Part shown: positions 17,786-28,186 of the stretch, piece after piece
Layout: every line of letters starts with the position of its first letter
How positions within the stretch are numbered: position 1 is the first letter of the stretch
Source of the DNA: a virus
Reading direction: 5' to 3' (one strand)
Length of the DNA: 64,000 nt
IMG/VR virus record: IMGVR_UViG_3300010403_000003
Coordinates: 10,017-74,016 of that record
Notes under the pieces: generated by a model
Told to the model about the DNA's origin: nothing
The model's database searches: none
What the model saw: the letters and a program-made list of their open reading frames with translations, nothing else
Position numbers and translations under genes: made by a program

Positions 17786-18828
17786 TTCCCCTTGTTCGCC
17801 GCCAGCAGTTCCGCCGACTTCGCCTGTCGCAGCCCAGTCAGTTCGGCGTAGTATTTCTCGCCGAGCACTTTCCGGCGCTGCTCGATTTCTTCGCCGACCT
17901 TGTACATGGCCGGCATGGCCGCGACTTCATGGAGCGCGTCGGCGAGATTCATGTACCATTGTTTGGCGACTTCTTCGTCGAAGTCCGGGTCGTTCGGCAC
18001 TTCCCCGCCAGCGGTATCGAGATTCTCTTGGGGCAGTTCAGCCGGCACGGCTGCTGCCGGCTTGCCGTTCGGAATCTTCGAGCGGCCCGTTGGAATTGGG
18101 GCGGCCTCGGCCCCTTCCTTCGGCTCCGGGTCGTCGCTCTCGGTGATCTTCGTCCCCGTGAGTTCCTCATAAGCCGCCTTGAGGGCCTTGCGCGCCGCCT
18201 TGCCAAGTATGGCGTCCGGCCCCATGCCAGCGTTGACGCGGATGGTAAACTTGCGGCCCGGTTCGCCCTTCTCGTTTTTCAGGAACCATTCCTTGCCGTT
18301 GATCTTGCAGCGGACAATGAACCGCACCGACGTATTGCCGTTCTCGGCGACGGGGCTGCCGGGGATTTCTTCCAGGTCCGTCAGGCCGGGAATCTCCCGC
18401 ACGAGGCGGCGGTAGCCGTTCTGTGCGCCGTAGAATCGGCCGCTGATGACGTTCATCTCGTTGCCGGCGATGTTGAAACCGCGGATGAGGGCCTCAACGA
18501 CAGGCTCAACGAGGTCGCCGGGGCGATAGAGGTCGGTGTTGCCCTTAGCCCCCGTCTTGTCCGTCATGAAGCCGAGCGGGCTATTCATTAGCGGCATCAC
18601 GTAATCGTCGAGGAACTTCTGCGTCACCAGCTTGCGGGCACGCTGGAGCGCCGTCGATGTCGCCACGGCCCGCGAGAGGCCGGGGTGAGAATCGTCGATG
18701 CGGGCGCGGAGCGCCGCTAGGTCTTCCTCGGTCTGAATCAGCACCCTTTCCAGTTCGGCCGCCGATTGCGGGGCGTCTTGGGTCCGGGCCTGTGCTTGTG
18801 TTCGTACTGGTTGCGTTGCAACTGCCAT
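17782..18828 (-). CDS. Probable ssDNA-annealing/recombination protein
   Basis: Near the exonuclease; acidic C-terminal tail; family not recognised with certainty. Confidence 0.5.
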   Translation of the reverse strand: MAVATQPVRTQAQARTQDAPQSAAELERVLIQTEEDLAALRARIDDSHPGLSRAVATSTALQRARKLVTQKFLDDYVMPLMNSPLGFMTDKTGAKGNTDLYRPGDLVEPVVEALIRGFNIAGNEMNVISGRFYGAQNGYRRLVREIPGLTDLEEIPGSPVAENGNTSVRFIVRCKINGKEWFLKNEKGEPGRKFTIRVNAGMGPDAILGKAARKALKAAYEELTGTKITESDDPEPKEGAEAAPIPTGRSKIPNGKPAAAVPAELPQENLDTAGGEVPNDPDFDEEVAKQWYMNLADALHEVAAMPAMYKVGEEIEQRRKVLGEKYYAELTGLRQAKSAELLAANKGK

Positions 18829-18841
18829 CTCTATTCCCCCT

Positions 18842-19180
18842 TTAGTTAGGCTTTATCACGGAATCCCATCTTAATTTGAGCGCCGCAAAAACACGCATTA
18901 CGTCGGCCTTGTTGGCATTCGCTAATAGGCGGATGCGGCTTGCCTTGTAATCTTCGCACCGATGCGGCAACAGTTCGGTAAGTATGTCGCACGTGCCGTG
19001 GGCTTCGGGCGTCTCTGGGTCGTCTTCAAAGTCGAGAACGAGGCAAAACTCGCCAGAGAAACCGTCAAACACTAACTTCCTTGGTTCACTGCGGCGAACC
19101 CGGCAAAACTTTTTAGCCCATTCGTACAATTCGTCGGTGCTTGCGATCATGTGGAATGCCCTGCTAAACAGCCTGCTCAA
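18842..19180 (-). CDS. Hypothetical protein
   Basis: ORF between recombination genes. Confidence 0.5.
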   Translation of the reverse strand: MSRLFSRAFHMIASTDELYEWAKKFCRVRRSEPRKLVFDGFSGEFCLVLDFEDDPETPEAHGTCDILTELLPHRCEDYKASRIRLLANANKADVMRVFAALKLRWDSVIKPN

Positions 19181-20300
19181 TCAATTTCGGTTCTTCCTGC
19201 GTCACCGGCTTCGGAGCCTTCCGCAATTCGAGTTTCTCGATAAACGTTTCGCTCACGGCCCCGGCGGCGCGAAGATTTTCCATCAATAATTCGGCCGCTT
19301 CCTTTTTCTTGCCGTGCGGAGCATTCTTCCGAACCACGTCGAGTATCTTCGTCTTGCCGATGGTGCAGGCGTCCAGAGTATTGGTGACGCCAACAGTTTG
19401 GACCATGGACACCCAGCCATTTTGGGCGTCAATCTTCTCCCGCTTCTCGCGTTTGAGCCGCAGCATATTCCCGGCCGCGTCTTTGAGTTCGCCATCGTTC
19501 TGGGCCGCCAGCGTCCGGCACTGCTCGATGATGTCTTCGCATCTTTTTTTCACAAAACTGGCGCGTTCATAGGCGTTAATGGCCATGTCCGTGAGGATGG
19601 CAGTTTTTGTGTCCGCAACGATGGCGATTTCCTGCCGCGACAAGTCTTCACCAGCGGGGCATTCGTTGTGCCTGTGGCAAAACCGGCACGATTCGTAGCT
19701 CGGCCCGTAGACCTCACGGCCGGCGTCAATGCGTGCGGCCATCTGATGCCACCATTCGGCCAACTCGTCCACCGTCCAGACGAATTTTTCCATTTCGCCC
19801 AGGCGGATATTCAGGTGCAAGGCTTCCACCGTCCGCACCGGGAATTCTTGGGCGATGAGCCATGCGTAGCCGCGGAGCTGGGGTTCGCAATTACTCCAGA
19901 GGAATCCGCTTTTCCAGTCGGCAACGATCGCCGTGTCGCCATCGACCGAGAAAACGTCGGGATGCCCGCTGAGGCCGATCTGGAAGTCCTCGTCGATCCA
20001 GGCGAATTCTTCCTCGCAACGTGGCGTGGGGAAGTGGCCTTTAATTGAATCCCAGGCGCGACGGACTGCACCGCAAAGGTAGCCGAGTTCGTCGGCGTCC
20101 ACGCGGTATTCTTGGGCAAGAGCGCCTACAGGAACCACCACGCCGTCGATGACGTACCCCTTCGCTGCGATGTGCGTCCCGTCTCCAAGCCGTGCCGGCT
20201 CGCCGCTGGGCGGAACGATTCGCAACGACGCCGGATACGCTGACGCCGCGCACAAGTCGATTTGATTCAGGGAACTGCAACGAACTCGGAACATTATCAC
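19164..20300 (-). CDS. PD-(D/E)xK exonuclease, Cas4/DUF2800-like
   Basis: GHPD...VADWKSG...QLRGYA...CRFC....CP. Confidence 0.82.
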   Translation of the reverse strand: MIMFRVRCSSLNQIDLCAASAYPASLRIVPPSGEPARLGDGTHIAAKGYVIDGVVVPVGALAQEYRVDADELGYLCGAVRRAWDSIKGHFPTPRCEEEFAWIDEDFQIGLSGHPDVFSVDGDTAIVADWKSGFLWSNCEPQLRGYAWLIAQEFPVRTVEALHLNIRLGEMEKFVWTVDELAEWWHQMAARIDAGREVYGPSYESCRFCHRHNECPAGEDLSRQEIAIVADTKTAILTDMAINAYERASFVKKRCEDIIEQCRTLAAQNDGELKDAAGNMLRLKREKREKIDAQNGWVSMVQTVGVTNTLDACTIGKTKILDVVRKNAPHGKKKEAAELLMENLRAAGAVSETFIEKLELRKAPKPVTQEEPKLIEQAV

Positions 20301-20376
20301 TTCCCCTTAAATACCACCGATTTCGCACACCGCTCGGTGGCCACACGGCATACTTCGGCCAGCGCCTAGTGCTTCG

Positions 20377-22598
20377 CTACTGCCCCTCTTCCCATTTCAT
20401 CGCTATCGCCTCGTCCAACGTCTCAAACGCCTCGACAACTTCCTGCCAATCGACACGCGCCGCCTGGAATTCGCGAGCGAGTTTGGCGGTATCCTCGCGG
20501 GGTCGCTTGAGGAGGCGCAGGCGCAGGGTGTTGTCGGGGTCTTTGAGGTCGGTCATGATCCATCTCCTTCGGACAGCACTCTCGCCACGCAATCGGCGGC
20601 CGACTCGTAAGTGAACGTATCGACAAGTTCATCCGTCATCGCTTTGCCGTGGCGGAACGTCCAGCAGCGGACTTCGTATCGTTCGCCGCGCTTCACCACC
20701 GCATAGACATCACCGTCAAGCCTCGGCTCCGAATAATGCCGCGAGGATGGTGCGATCTCGCGGGTTCCATTACCTAGAATCTGCAACATCTCAAAACCTC
20801 CGTGTTAAGATTCGTATTCAATCAAGTCCTGCAACTCTCGCTTGAGTCTTTCGGCAGCGTCCATCGCTTGCGGCCAATTGCCGGCTTCGAGCGTCCATTG
20901 CAATCGCCGCATAAGCCGAGCAATCGCCTCTCGGTATTCGAGCATGTCTTGCTCGCGTGTGAAGTCGTATTGGCCGATCATGACGCCGTCTCCAGCTCAC
21001 ATCTCGCCGTTTTCGCTTCCAAACGCGCCGCCTCGCGAAACAGCTTGGCGGCGAATTCCATAAGCCGCGCCGGCGTCCCGAACTGAATCGACACTGCCGG
21101 CCCGTCCCCGTCGATGCCGATTTCCAGCGTGCGGCCATGGCAGGCAACTTCGGGCAGGGGTTCGTGGTCGTAGCAGTGGAGGCGCGTTATTTCGGCGTGC
21201 ATGATTGATCCTCAACAACTCGCCGAAGCGAGTAGCGGAATAAGCCAGACGAAACAACGACGATTTCATTCCTAAATTCATCCACGCATCGCAGATAAAA
21301 CCGCCTTGCCCCTTTGCGTAGAGATTCTTCAACGGCGACGACCCGCATGGGGTCCGTTCCGCGAGACGGCGACGTGTAAATCGCTCGCCCTAGCAAAGCG
21401 TCTGCCTCTCGTCGCGTAAAATAAACGTTTTTTGCACGCATGGTTCACCTTCTGCTTGCAACCTCGGCCACCATCTCGTCGCGGCTGAGCGGTTGCTGGC
21501 TCTTGAGCAATTCAAGCCCACGGCCAACCGATTCGCACGTCGCCAGAGTCGCGTCCACAAAATTGGCCGCGTCTTCGAGCAGGCCGGGAACGTCCCAGTT
21601 ATCGGGAGACTTCGCGGCGGAACGGAGTTTTTCGGATAAATTCATGGTGTCCTCGTGGTGATTACCCTGCCTTGCGTACCTTGAACGCCGAGCCAATCCC
21701 GCGCAGCCACTTGCGATACTGCCGCGCGGTCGGCTTAACGTCGGCCTTCTGGCAAGCGTCGATGAATTTCTGGTCTTGGCCGTTGAACATCTTGACTGTC
21801 ATCGCTTCGCCCTCTTTGAAAAAGCCCGTCGCCCCCCTCGTAAGTTGCCGTGACGAGCGGCAGGGGGCGACGGAAGGAGAGTCACATCGCCGGGACAGAC
21901 AGAATCCGCTTCTGGATGGCATCTTTGCGGGCCGCGTTGCAATCCATCCGGTGAAGCATTTGCGCGGCCAATTCAACGTGGAAGTAGGCGGCGCAGGAGT
22001 CGCACATATTCGCCGGGTCGTAAGCGAAAAACGGGCGTCGGCACCAGTCTTTTGCTTTCTCTTCTTTCGTTAGCTTCCGATTCTCTTCCCGCGTGATGCA
22101 GGAATCGGCGTCTTGGCCATGAATCCGGTGATTAACGCACGGGCAATCGCTGCCGAACAAATCATTGGCAAGCGTTCGTGCTGTTGCGGACATCTCTTGC
22201 AATGTCTTCGCCATCGTCATTCTCCTTTTGGCCGTGTCACCGGCCTTTGATTCCGCCCCGGCCGCGAAATTGCGGACGCGGGGCACTCGGTTGGTGATTC
22301 ACGGATCGCAGCATTCCGGGCAAGGAACGTCGCATCGTAAAATGCTGTTTGCGGGGGCGGTTTTGTCGCCTTCCAAGACGCCGGTTCCTTTGCAGGCCGG
22401 ACATGGAGCCGCCTTTATTGTCCCTGGCGGATAAAGCCTCGGGGTTCCGCCGCTCGCCCTCGTTTCGCACCAATTTTCGATCCGTTGTACGCCGCATTTT
22501 TTGCATGTCTCATAGCTGCCGTAAACGACACCGAATGTCTGTTCTTTGATCTGGACAGGTGGACCGAACTCGTGTTCGCAAGTGGCAGATTTTTTCAT
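20377..22598 (-). other. Run of small early genes (20377-20556, 20553-20789, 20978-21202, 21187-21441, 21445-21645, 21662-21802, 21882-22220, 22299-22598), all hypothetical
   Basis: Co-oriented short ORFs, several with GGAG-type RBS or overlapping start/stop. Confidence 0.55.
21826..21873 (-). terminator. 11-bp GC stem with two alternative inner helices, followed by a U-rich tract
   Basis: CCGTCGCCCCC...GGGGGCGACGG-GCTTTTT. Confidence 0.5.
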
Positions 22599-22605
22599 TG
22601 GAGGG

Positions 22606-23136
22606 TTATGCCTTCTCGATAATGAACGCGGCCTTTTCACCGGCTCCGTTATCCAAGCACCAATTCACGTAATCGAGCAAAGTCTTGCCCTGCGCTGCGA
22701 GGTAAGAGTTCGGATGTTTCTTTTCGGAAAGCGTTCCGCAAACCGTCGGTAACTTCTCGCGGGCAGCGGCAACCCGAACAGCAATCCGAGCCTTCCTGCT
22801 CGCCTTCGCGGCAGCGTTCTTTTTGTCGCGGAGATCGCGTTCCGCTTGGGCGATTTGCTTGATGAGGCCGGCATCGTCCGTCTTGTGAATGCAATCGCAG
22901 CCAACCTTGAATTCCTTGCCGCAAGCCGACCGCACCCAAAACTCGTACCGGATGCACGTCCCGCAGAAATCGCAAGTGCTGCCGGCCTGAACCGGGGCAC
23001 CGTGGCAAGCCTGGTACGTCTTCTCGGTGACTGCCCCGGTGAAAGCGAAAGGGGCCACTCCTAGGCCGGCCCGCTCGAAGCGATGAATCGTCGAGGTTTC
23101 GCCAGCTTTCAGGTTCTCGTTTACGATGGCTAGCAT
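22606..23136 (-). CDS. Zn-binding hypothetical protein
   Basis: CDFCG.CI......VGCDC; GAGGGG RBS. Confidence 0.7.
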   Translation of the reverse strand: MLAIVNENLKAGETSTIHRFERAGLGVAPFAFTGAVTEKTYQACHGAPVQAGSTCDFCGTCIRYEFWVRSACGKEFKVGCDCIHKTDDAGLIKQIAQAERDLRDKKNAAAKASRKARIAVRVAAAREKLPTVCGTLSEKKHPNSYLAAQGKTLLDYVNWCLDNGAGEKAAFIIEKA

Positions 23137-23207
23137 TTCGTTTCCCCTCGTCGATTCGCCCCGGCCCTTGAGAACGCCTCAAGGGTCGCGGGGCGATAAA
23201 AATGCCA

Positions 23208-23426
23208 CTAAACAGTCTTGAGGAAACACCGAGCGGCCTTGCGGGCGTCGTTAACCATCGTCTTCACGGTCCAATGGCAAACCGGAGCGCCGTAGAGGAC
23301 TTTCGACCGCATTGTCGCCCGTGGAAAATCAATCGTCCTTTTCGTTCCTTCGCAGTCAGTCACGGACGTTTCCACGCAAATGTAACCGATCGTTTCCGTT
23401 ACTTTGCCGGTCAATGTCGCGTTCAT
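23208..23426 (-). CDS. Hypothetical protein, first gene after the leftward promoter
   Basis: AAGGGG RBS. Confidence 0.6.
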   Translation of the reverse strand: MNATLTGKVTETIGYICVETSVTDCEGTKRTIDFPRATMRSKVLYGAPVCHWTVKTMVNDARKAARCFLKTV

Positions 23427-23468
23427 CGTTTCCCCTTGTTCGTGGCCTTCATGTCATTCAATAACACC

Positions 23469-23599
23469 ATTGTACCCCGATGGAAACCAGAGTCAACAGA
23501 AAAATCCAAATAAAACCAAATTGCTTTTTGGTGGTATCGTGGGTATACTTTAATTGGCCAGTAACATTTCCTTGAGGTTTGGGAGGAACCATTTACAAT
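23469..23599. promoter_or_regulatory. Divergent promoter switch: leftward TTGACT-N16-TACAAT (23496-23469); rightward TTGCTT-N17-TATACT (23521-23549) and TTGAGG-N16-TACAAT (23572-23599)
   Basis: Near-consensus hexamers in an AT-rich intergenic region. Confidence 0.65.
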
Positions 23600-23606
23600 G
23601 CTCGCC

Positions 23607-23837
23607 ATGGCACGCAAAAAGAACCATGAGTCGGCAGCTGACGAATCGCCCAAGCGCGACAGGCAAACCGTACAATTGCCGGGCAATTGGCACCGCGCCC
23701 TGCTTCGGTTGTCCGCTCACTGGCGGCAACAAAAAGTCTGGGCAATGTGCCGATTGATCGGCGAAGCCTGCGAAAAAGAGGGGCTTGAGCATCCGCCATT
23801 CCCCTGGGAACAACTCGAAGACGAAGAACAAATCTAA
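23607..23837 (+). CDS. Small DNA-binding regulator (ribbon-helix-helix-like), probably leaderless; candidate repressor
   Basis: RQTVQLP..WH.AL..L pattern; ATG 7 nt after the -10 box; divergent from early genes. Confidence 0.55.
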   Translation: MARKKNHESAADESPKRDRQTVQLPGNWHRALLRLSAHWRQQKVWAMCRLIGEACEKEGLEHPPFPWEQLEDEEQI

Positions 23838-23976
23838 AATCCGCCGAGCACGCTTCCGCCGCGAACCCCCATCCGAAACGTCCACGGCTCGGCGAATATC
23901 CAAGAAACCCCGCGAAGAATAAACCGTTGACCCTCGACTCTCGCTTGCCGCAATCGTGTCGGGCCAAACGGTGGGT

Positions 23977-24219
23977 TCACCATTTCTCGCTCATCAAAAG
24001 TCGGAACGCCATGCCCGGTGCGCCGGTGTCTCGAAGGATTTCGGCCCGCCTTTCGACGCCCAAATCGTGCATGAGCGATATCCAAAACGCCGTTGCCCGG
24101 CGAGACTCTTTGGTATGCTCGACGCGGTCGAGGGCCTTGTTTTTCTTGCCTTCGGAGTAGGCTGACGCTCTTGGCGTATCGATGGCCTTCACGATTTTCC
24201 TGGCGAGTCGGAGTTTCAT
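23977..24219 (-). CDS. Hypothetical protein
   Basis: ATGA overlap. Confidence 0.5.
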   Translation of the reverse strand: MKLRLARKIVKAIDTPRASAYSEGKKNKALDRVEHTKESRRATAFWISLMHDLGVERRAEILRDTGAPGMAFRLLMSEKW

Positions 24220-24854
24220 GAGCCAACCCCCGCCACTTCCGCCGGCAACAACTCGCGTAGCGTCCGCCCGTCTTGGTTCGTCATGCCGACCAAGAACGCT
24301 GTCCAATCCGCCGCGCGGAGAACAAACGTCGCGGCGAAGAGTTTGCCGGCCGTTATTTTTTCGTTCTGCACGATGCCGACCGCGATTTCTTTCTGCGGCG
24401 GCAAGTGAGCGAAAAGGTATTGCAGCAGCGTTGCGTCAACCGGATGCCCGAGAAGCAAGACGGGGTCCTGGTCGGGGAATGTCCGTCCTGTGCCGAAGCA
24501 TTCGCGGCAATTCTCTTCTTCTGCGTCGCAGAGGTCGCACCCGCAAACGTGGGGCACAACCCCACTGGCCCAGCATTCTCCACACTGCTCATCGCCGGGA
24601 AACGCGCCCACGATTGCCGCGAACTCGTCCCACGGAAAGCTGCGTTCGATTTTCGTATCGTTTACCAGCAACCGAGCGAGGGCCGATGAGCGGGTAGGAT
24701 GCGGCTTCATGTCCCCAGCAGGCTCGTTCGCGATGACCGCGTAACGGCCGTTTGTCGCCGCGATCTTGCCGTCAGACTCGAATGGCGTCGGTGAGATATG
24801 CTCGGCCACGAACCATTCCACCCAGTGCGATACTTTTGTGTCGTTAGGTCGCAT
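24216..24854 (-). CDS. Hypothetical protein with a CxxCxxxG zinc-finger insertion
   Basis: CGECWASG, CRECFGTG; GGAGG RBS. Confidence 0.65.
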   Translation of the reverse strand: MRPNDTKVSHWVEWFVAEHISPTPFESDGKIAATNGRYAVIANEPAGDMKPHPTRSSALARLLVNDTKIERSFPWDEFAAIVGAFPGDEQCGECWASGVVPHVCGCDLCDAEEENCRECFGTGRTFPDQDPVLLLGHPVDATLLQYLFAHLPPQKEIAVGIVQNEKITAGKLFAATFVLRAADWTAFLVGMTNQDGRTLRELLPAEVAGVGS

Positions 24855-25134
24855 TATTCGCTTCCTCCAATCCCAAAAACCTCGCGCAGCCAGTCGAAAA
24901 AGTCGATGGCTAGGTCGTAGAGTCCGTCCATGTTCAGCCTCCCTTGCGCCGCTTCCCCTTCGTCAACTTCGGCATCGGCTCCCGAAACGCTGGCGGCGTC
25001 ATGTCGCTCGGAACCTTCGACTTTTCCGCCGCGTCCTTGCATCGCTTGTGGTGCGGCGCGTAGGCACATGGCTTGTGGCAAAAACAACAGAGGCGGGCAG
25101 CGTCGTCTCCGTGGGATCGCATCAGTCCTCCGAT

Positions 25135-25551
25135 TCACCAACTCCGCTTTGCGACAATCCTTTGGATCGCCGCCTTTGCTTTTCGTCCCGGCCTAGCGAT
25201 CGCTCTTAACCCGTGTCGCATAGCCGCGACTCCTGAGCGAAACAGGCCAACCGTAGGCTTCGCCAGCGCCACGCCACTAACTTGTTTCACGTCCAGTTTT
25301 GGATGATTCAGCCGCAACGCCAAAAGATCGACATCGTGTGGCCGATTCGCGTGACTTTGAAGCCATCCCGTGCATAATCCGCCCGTGTTCTGATGGCACA
25401 TGAACAGCGCCGCCGGCTGCTCCCACGTAGGCCGGTCATACGCTGCCAATTTTCGATACTCTTCTTCCGCCCAAACCCCGGACGGCACATCACGCCGATA
25501 AGGGCACGTCGTGCATGGAACGGGAGAGCATCCGATTTTTTCTTGACTCAT
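25135..25551 (-). CDS. DUF6283-like Cys-rich protein
   Basis: PCTTCPYRRDVPSGVW...F.CH....LC.GW. Confidence 0.7.
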   Translation of the reverse strand: MSQEKIGCSPVPCTTCPYRRDVPSGVWAEEEYRKLAAYDRPTWEQPAALFMCHQNTGGLCTGWLQSHANRPHDVDLLALRLNHPKLDVKQVSGVALAKPTVGLFRSGVAAMRHGLRAIARPGRKAKAAIQRIVAKRSW

Positions 25552-25586
25552 CGCCTCAATCCTCTCCCAGCATCGCCGCAGCCCGG

Positions 25587-25796
25587 CTAAATCATCCCTT
25601 CCGGGTTCTGCACAATTGGCACGCCCATCGCCACCAAGATTCGCTCAGCCTTGAGCAGATGAATCTTCGCCGCCGACGCCCGGACGCGGCACCTCTTGAG
25701 CGAAGGCGTTGCGATGGCTACGAACGAGCATTCGCGAACCGCTTCGTCGATCATGTTGGCGACTTCCATCAGGTCGTCGCGTTCGTCTTGGGTCAT
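25587..25796 (-). CDS. Hypothetical protein
   Basis: ORF in chain. Confidence 0.5.
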   Translation of the reverse strand: MTQDERDDLMEVANMIDEAVRECSFVAIATPSLKRCRVRASAAKIHLLKAERILVAMGVPIVQNPEGMI

Positions 25797-25805
25797 CGTT
25801 AGTTC

Positions 25806-26078
25806 CTATTGCCGCCCCACGCCGATTTCGGATGCTTCCCGAATTCTCACGTCGTCGCGATTGATCCACACGGAGCCTTCCGGGTGGTGGCAATTGAGCG
25901 TTTTTTGTGGACGCCACGAATACGGCGGATTTTGCCAGATGCCGACCATTGTGCGTTCGACCGGCTTCGCTTTCTCAAGCATCCAGCACTCGCCGCCAAG
26001 AGCGATATTGGAGCCTTGATGGTTGTAAAAGTCGTCTCGGCAACCGCGGCAGAGCTTTTTCTTTTCGTGTTTTTCCAT
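25806..26078 (-). CDS. Cys-rich hypothetical protein
   Basis: C.GC.DDFYN...ECW. Confidence 0.6.
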   Translation of the reverse strand: MEKHEKKKLCRGCRDDFYNHQGSNIALGGECWMLEKAKPVERTMVGIWQNPPYSWRPQKTLNCHHPEGSVWINRDDVRIREASEIGVGRQ

Positions 26079-26290
26079 TTGTTAATTTCCCTAATAGCCT
26101 TTCACCAGTCCGAAATATTTCAAAAAAGATATTGAATTCGCGATTATCGCTGTTTAATATTCGTCCACCCCAAATTACTCCAAAAGCCTTGCTAATCAGC
26201 TGCAAACAGGTATCTCAAAGAGGCCCGCTCGCGCGCCACGCGAGTCGGGCCGATGGGCTTCCTGCCAGCATGTCTTTAGGGAGCCCGCCC

Positions 26291-27337
26291 ATGCCAGCTC
26301 TCCGCATTTTCACCGGGGACGACGACGACCAAAAGCCGGCCGCTTCGCCCCCATCGCCCGCGTCCTCGCCCGCATTGACCGGCGGCGCGGTCATTCGGCG
26401 ATACCTGGACGATCTCGCGTATCGATGCCAGACCGGCAAAGTCACGCACGAGCATTACGGCAATTACCGGCGTTCGCTGAGCGCTTGCACCAGCGGCCGT
26501 TACGTCGGCTTCATCGAGGTCATCGGCGAGCGTCCCGTCTCGGAACTGATTCAATTCGATTTGACGGAATGGCTGCGGCGCAACCCGCAATGGAAGCGGG
26601 CCGATACGCGGCTCAACAACATCGCGGCTGTTTTGGCGTGCTTCCATTGGGCCGATAGCGAGGGAATCCTGCGGCCGTGCCCGTACACGAAGACGCGGCA
26701 ATTGCAGGAGCAAAGAGCCGAGCGCCGGGATGCCACGGACGAAGAGGCCGACAAGGTTTGGGCGGCGGCGAGCGAATCGCTTCGCCGAATCATTTGGTTC
26801 ATTGACACGGCTGGCGTCCGCACGAAAGAGGCCCGTGATCTTTTGTGGGAGCAAGTGTTCTTCGACAGGCAGATAATTCTCATCAAGATTCACAAGACGG
26901 TTCACATGACGACCGAACCAGAGCCGCGAATCGTCGGCCTCGACGCCGACGGCTGGGCCGAGTTGCGGTGCTGGTACGACTTGCGACGACCGGGGCAGAC
27001 GCACGTTTTTTTGACCCCGCGGGGCCGGACGTGGACCAAAAATAATCTTTGCCAGACGTTCGAGCGGTTGAGTGCGAAGTGCGGACTGGCGGACGATCTT
27101 TCTCCGTACTGCTTTCGGCATCGCTACGGCACCCAAGCTATCCTCGCCGGGGCGACGGAGCGCGAGGCCGGCGACGGGCTTGGGCACCGGGATTCGAGAT
27201 CGACGCGGCGATATAGCCATACGGCGAACAAGGTCGAGCACATCAAGAGCATCGCGGACAAGGTCGGCTCGGCGAGGAAGGCACGGACCACGGCTAAGAA
27301 GGACTCGGCTGAGTTTCCGCTGTTTGGGGATGATTAG
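26291..27337 (+). CDS. int: Tyrosine recombinase / integrase (348 aa, no evident arm-binding domain)
   Basis: GVRTKE (R), HKT (K), YCFRH, LGH, RRYSH (Y); AGGGAG RBS before ATG 26291. Confidence 0.92.
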   Translation: MPALRIFTGDDDDQKPAASPPSPASSPALTGGAVIRRYLDDLAYRCQTGKVTHEHYGNYRRSLSACTSGRYVGFIEVIGERPVSELIQFDLTEWLRRNPQWKRADTRLNNIAAVLACFHWADSEGILRPCPYTKTRQLQEQRAERRDATDEEADKVWAAASESLRRIIWFIDTAGVRTKEARDLLWEQVFFDRQIILIKIHKTVHMTTEPEPRIVGLDADGWAELRCWYDLRRPGQTHVFLTPRGRTWTKNNLCQTFERLSAKCGLADDLSPYCFRHRYGTQAILAGATEREAGDGLGHRDSRSTRRYSHTANKVEHIKSIADKVGSARKARTTAKKDSAEFPLFGDD

Positions 27338-27350
27338 GTGTCGCATCTGG

Positions 27351-27599
27351 TCATGCCCTGTGTTCACTGTTGACCCAACAATGTTCGGTTGTACGTAGCG
27401 CGAAAGCTGCGAATTGAAGAAGATGGTGCTTTACTATTTCGGCGTCTTCTCTGCGTAGGAAACGGATCGCTTCATTCGGCTTCCGCGTGAAGCCGCGACT
27501 GTCTGGGAACCGTCCGTCCCAATAGCATTCGTCGCCTTCGATAAGCCAAGCGAACTGTTCCATCACATCGTTTCGCTTGCAAGTGTCACATTGCTTCAT
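27351..27599 (-). CDS. Hypothetical protein
   Basis: ATGA overlap. Confidence 0.55.
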   Translation of the reverse strand: MKQCDTCKRNDVMEQFAWLIEGDECYWDGRFPDSRGFTRKPNEAIRFLRREDAEIVKHHLLQFAAFALRTTEHCWVNSEHRA

Positions 27600-28090
27600 G
27601 GTTGGTGCGTCCTCACGATCTCGCGAAGCTCACCGATTTCTTTGAGGTACTTCGTTAACTCGGCCGCAAACTCATCGGCACGATTTTCCATAGCTTCAGC
27701 GCGAGCGTTGGCGATGAAAAGTTGCTTGCGCGTCTTCTTTAAAGCCGCCGCGATTTGCATTTGCTCATTGTTGGTGCAACGGTTCGCCGGGTCGGTCGCA
27801 TAGGCCACGATCCTCTGTATTTCCTCCTCCGACACTGGCACGGCCTCAGCTTCGTCGTAAGCCCTTTGAGCCTCTTCCGGCGTCAGCGGCCTCCACAATG
27901 CGAGGTCGGCCTCAAGTTTTTCGATTCGCTCGATAGCCCACAAGAAGCCGCCAGAAAGATCGTCGGCAACCGCTTTTTCGGTGGCCGCGTAAACGCAGGT
28001 CGCCATCCTCTTCAATCGCCCGATTGAGTGTTCGATTGTGCAAGGCTCCATATCTTTGCGTCGCATTGCGTTTAAGGGCGTCGTCGTCAT
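27596..28090 (-). CDS. Coiled-coil hypothetical protein
   Basis: Protein-like ORF. Confidence 0.6.
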   Translation of the reverse strand: MTTTPLNAMRRKDMEPCTIEHSIGRLKRMATCVYAATEKAVADDLSGGFLWAIERIEKLEADLALWRPLTPEEAQRAYDEAEAVPVSEEEIQRIVAYATDPANRCTNNEQMQIAAALKKTRKQLFIANARAEAMENRADEFAAELTKYLKEIGELREIVRTHQP

Positions 28091-28186
28091 TTTGCCTGTT
28101 ACCTTTCGTGATTTTGCCCACTTAGTTATTGAGGCCGTGAACTAGTCTCCCACCCCCGGATATGTACTAGCTGACGTAGCTAGCAC

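Noticed and set aside
19164-20300. Cas4-like nuclease as a sign of CRISPR-Cas
   Set aside because: No repeat-spacer array or other cas genes; context fits a phage recombination exonuclease
25907-26290. N-terminal extension of the integrase in the 476-aa track ORF
   Set aside because: Overlaps a divergent gene and an AT-rich promoter region; the RBS supports ATG 26291
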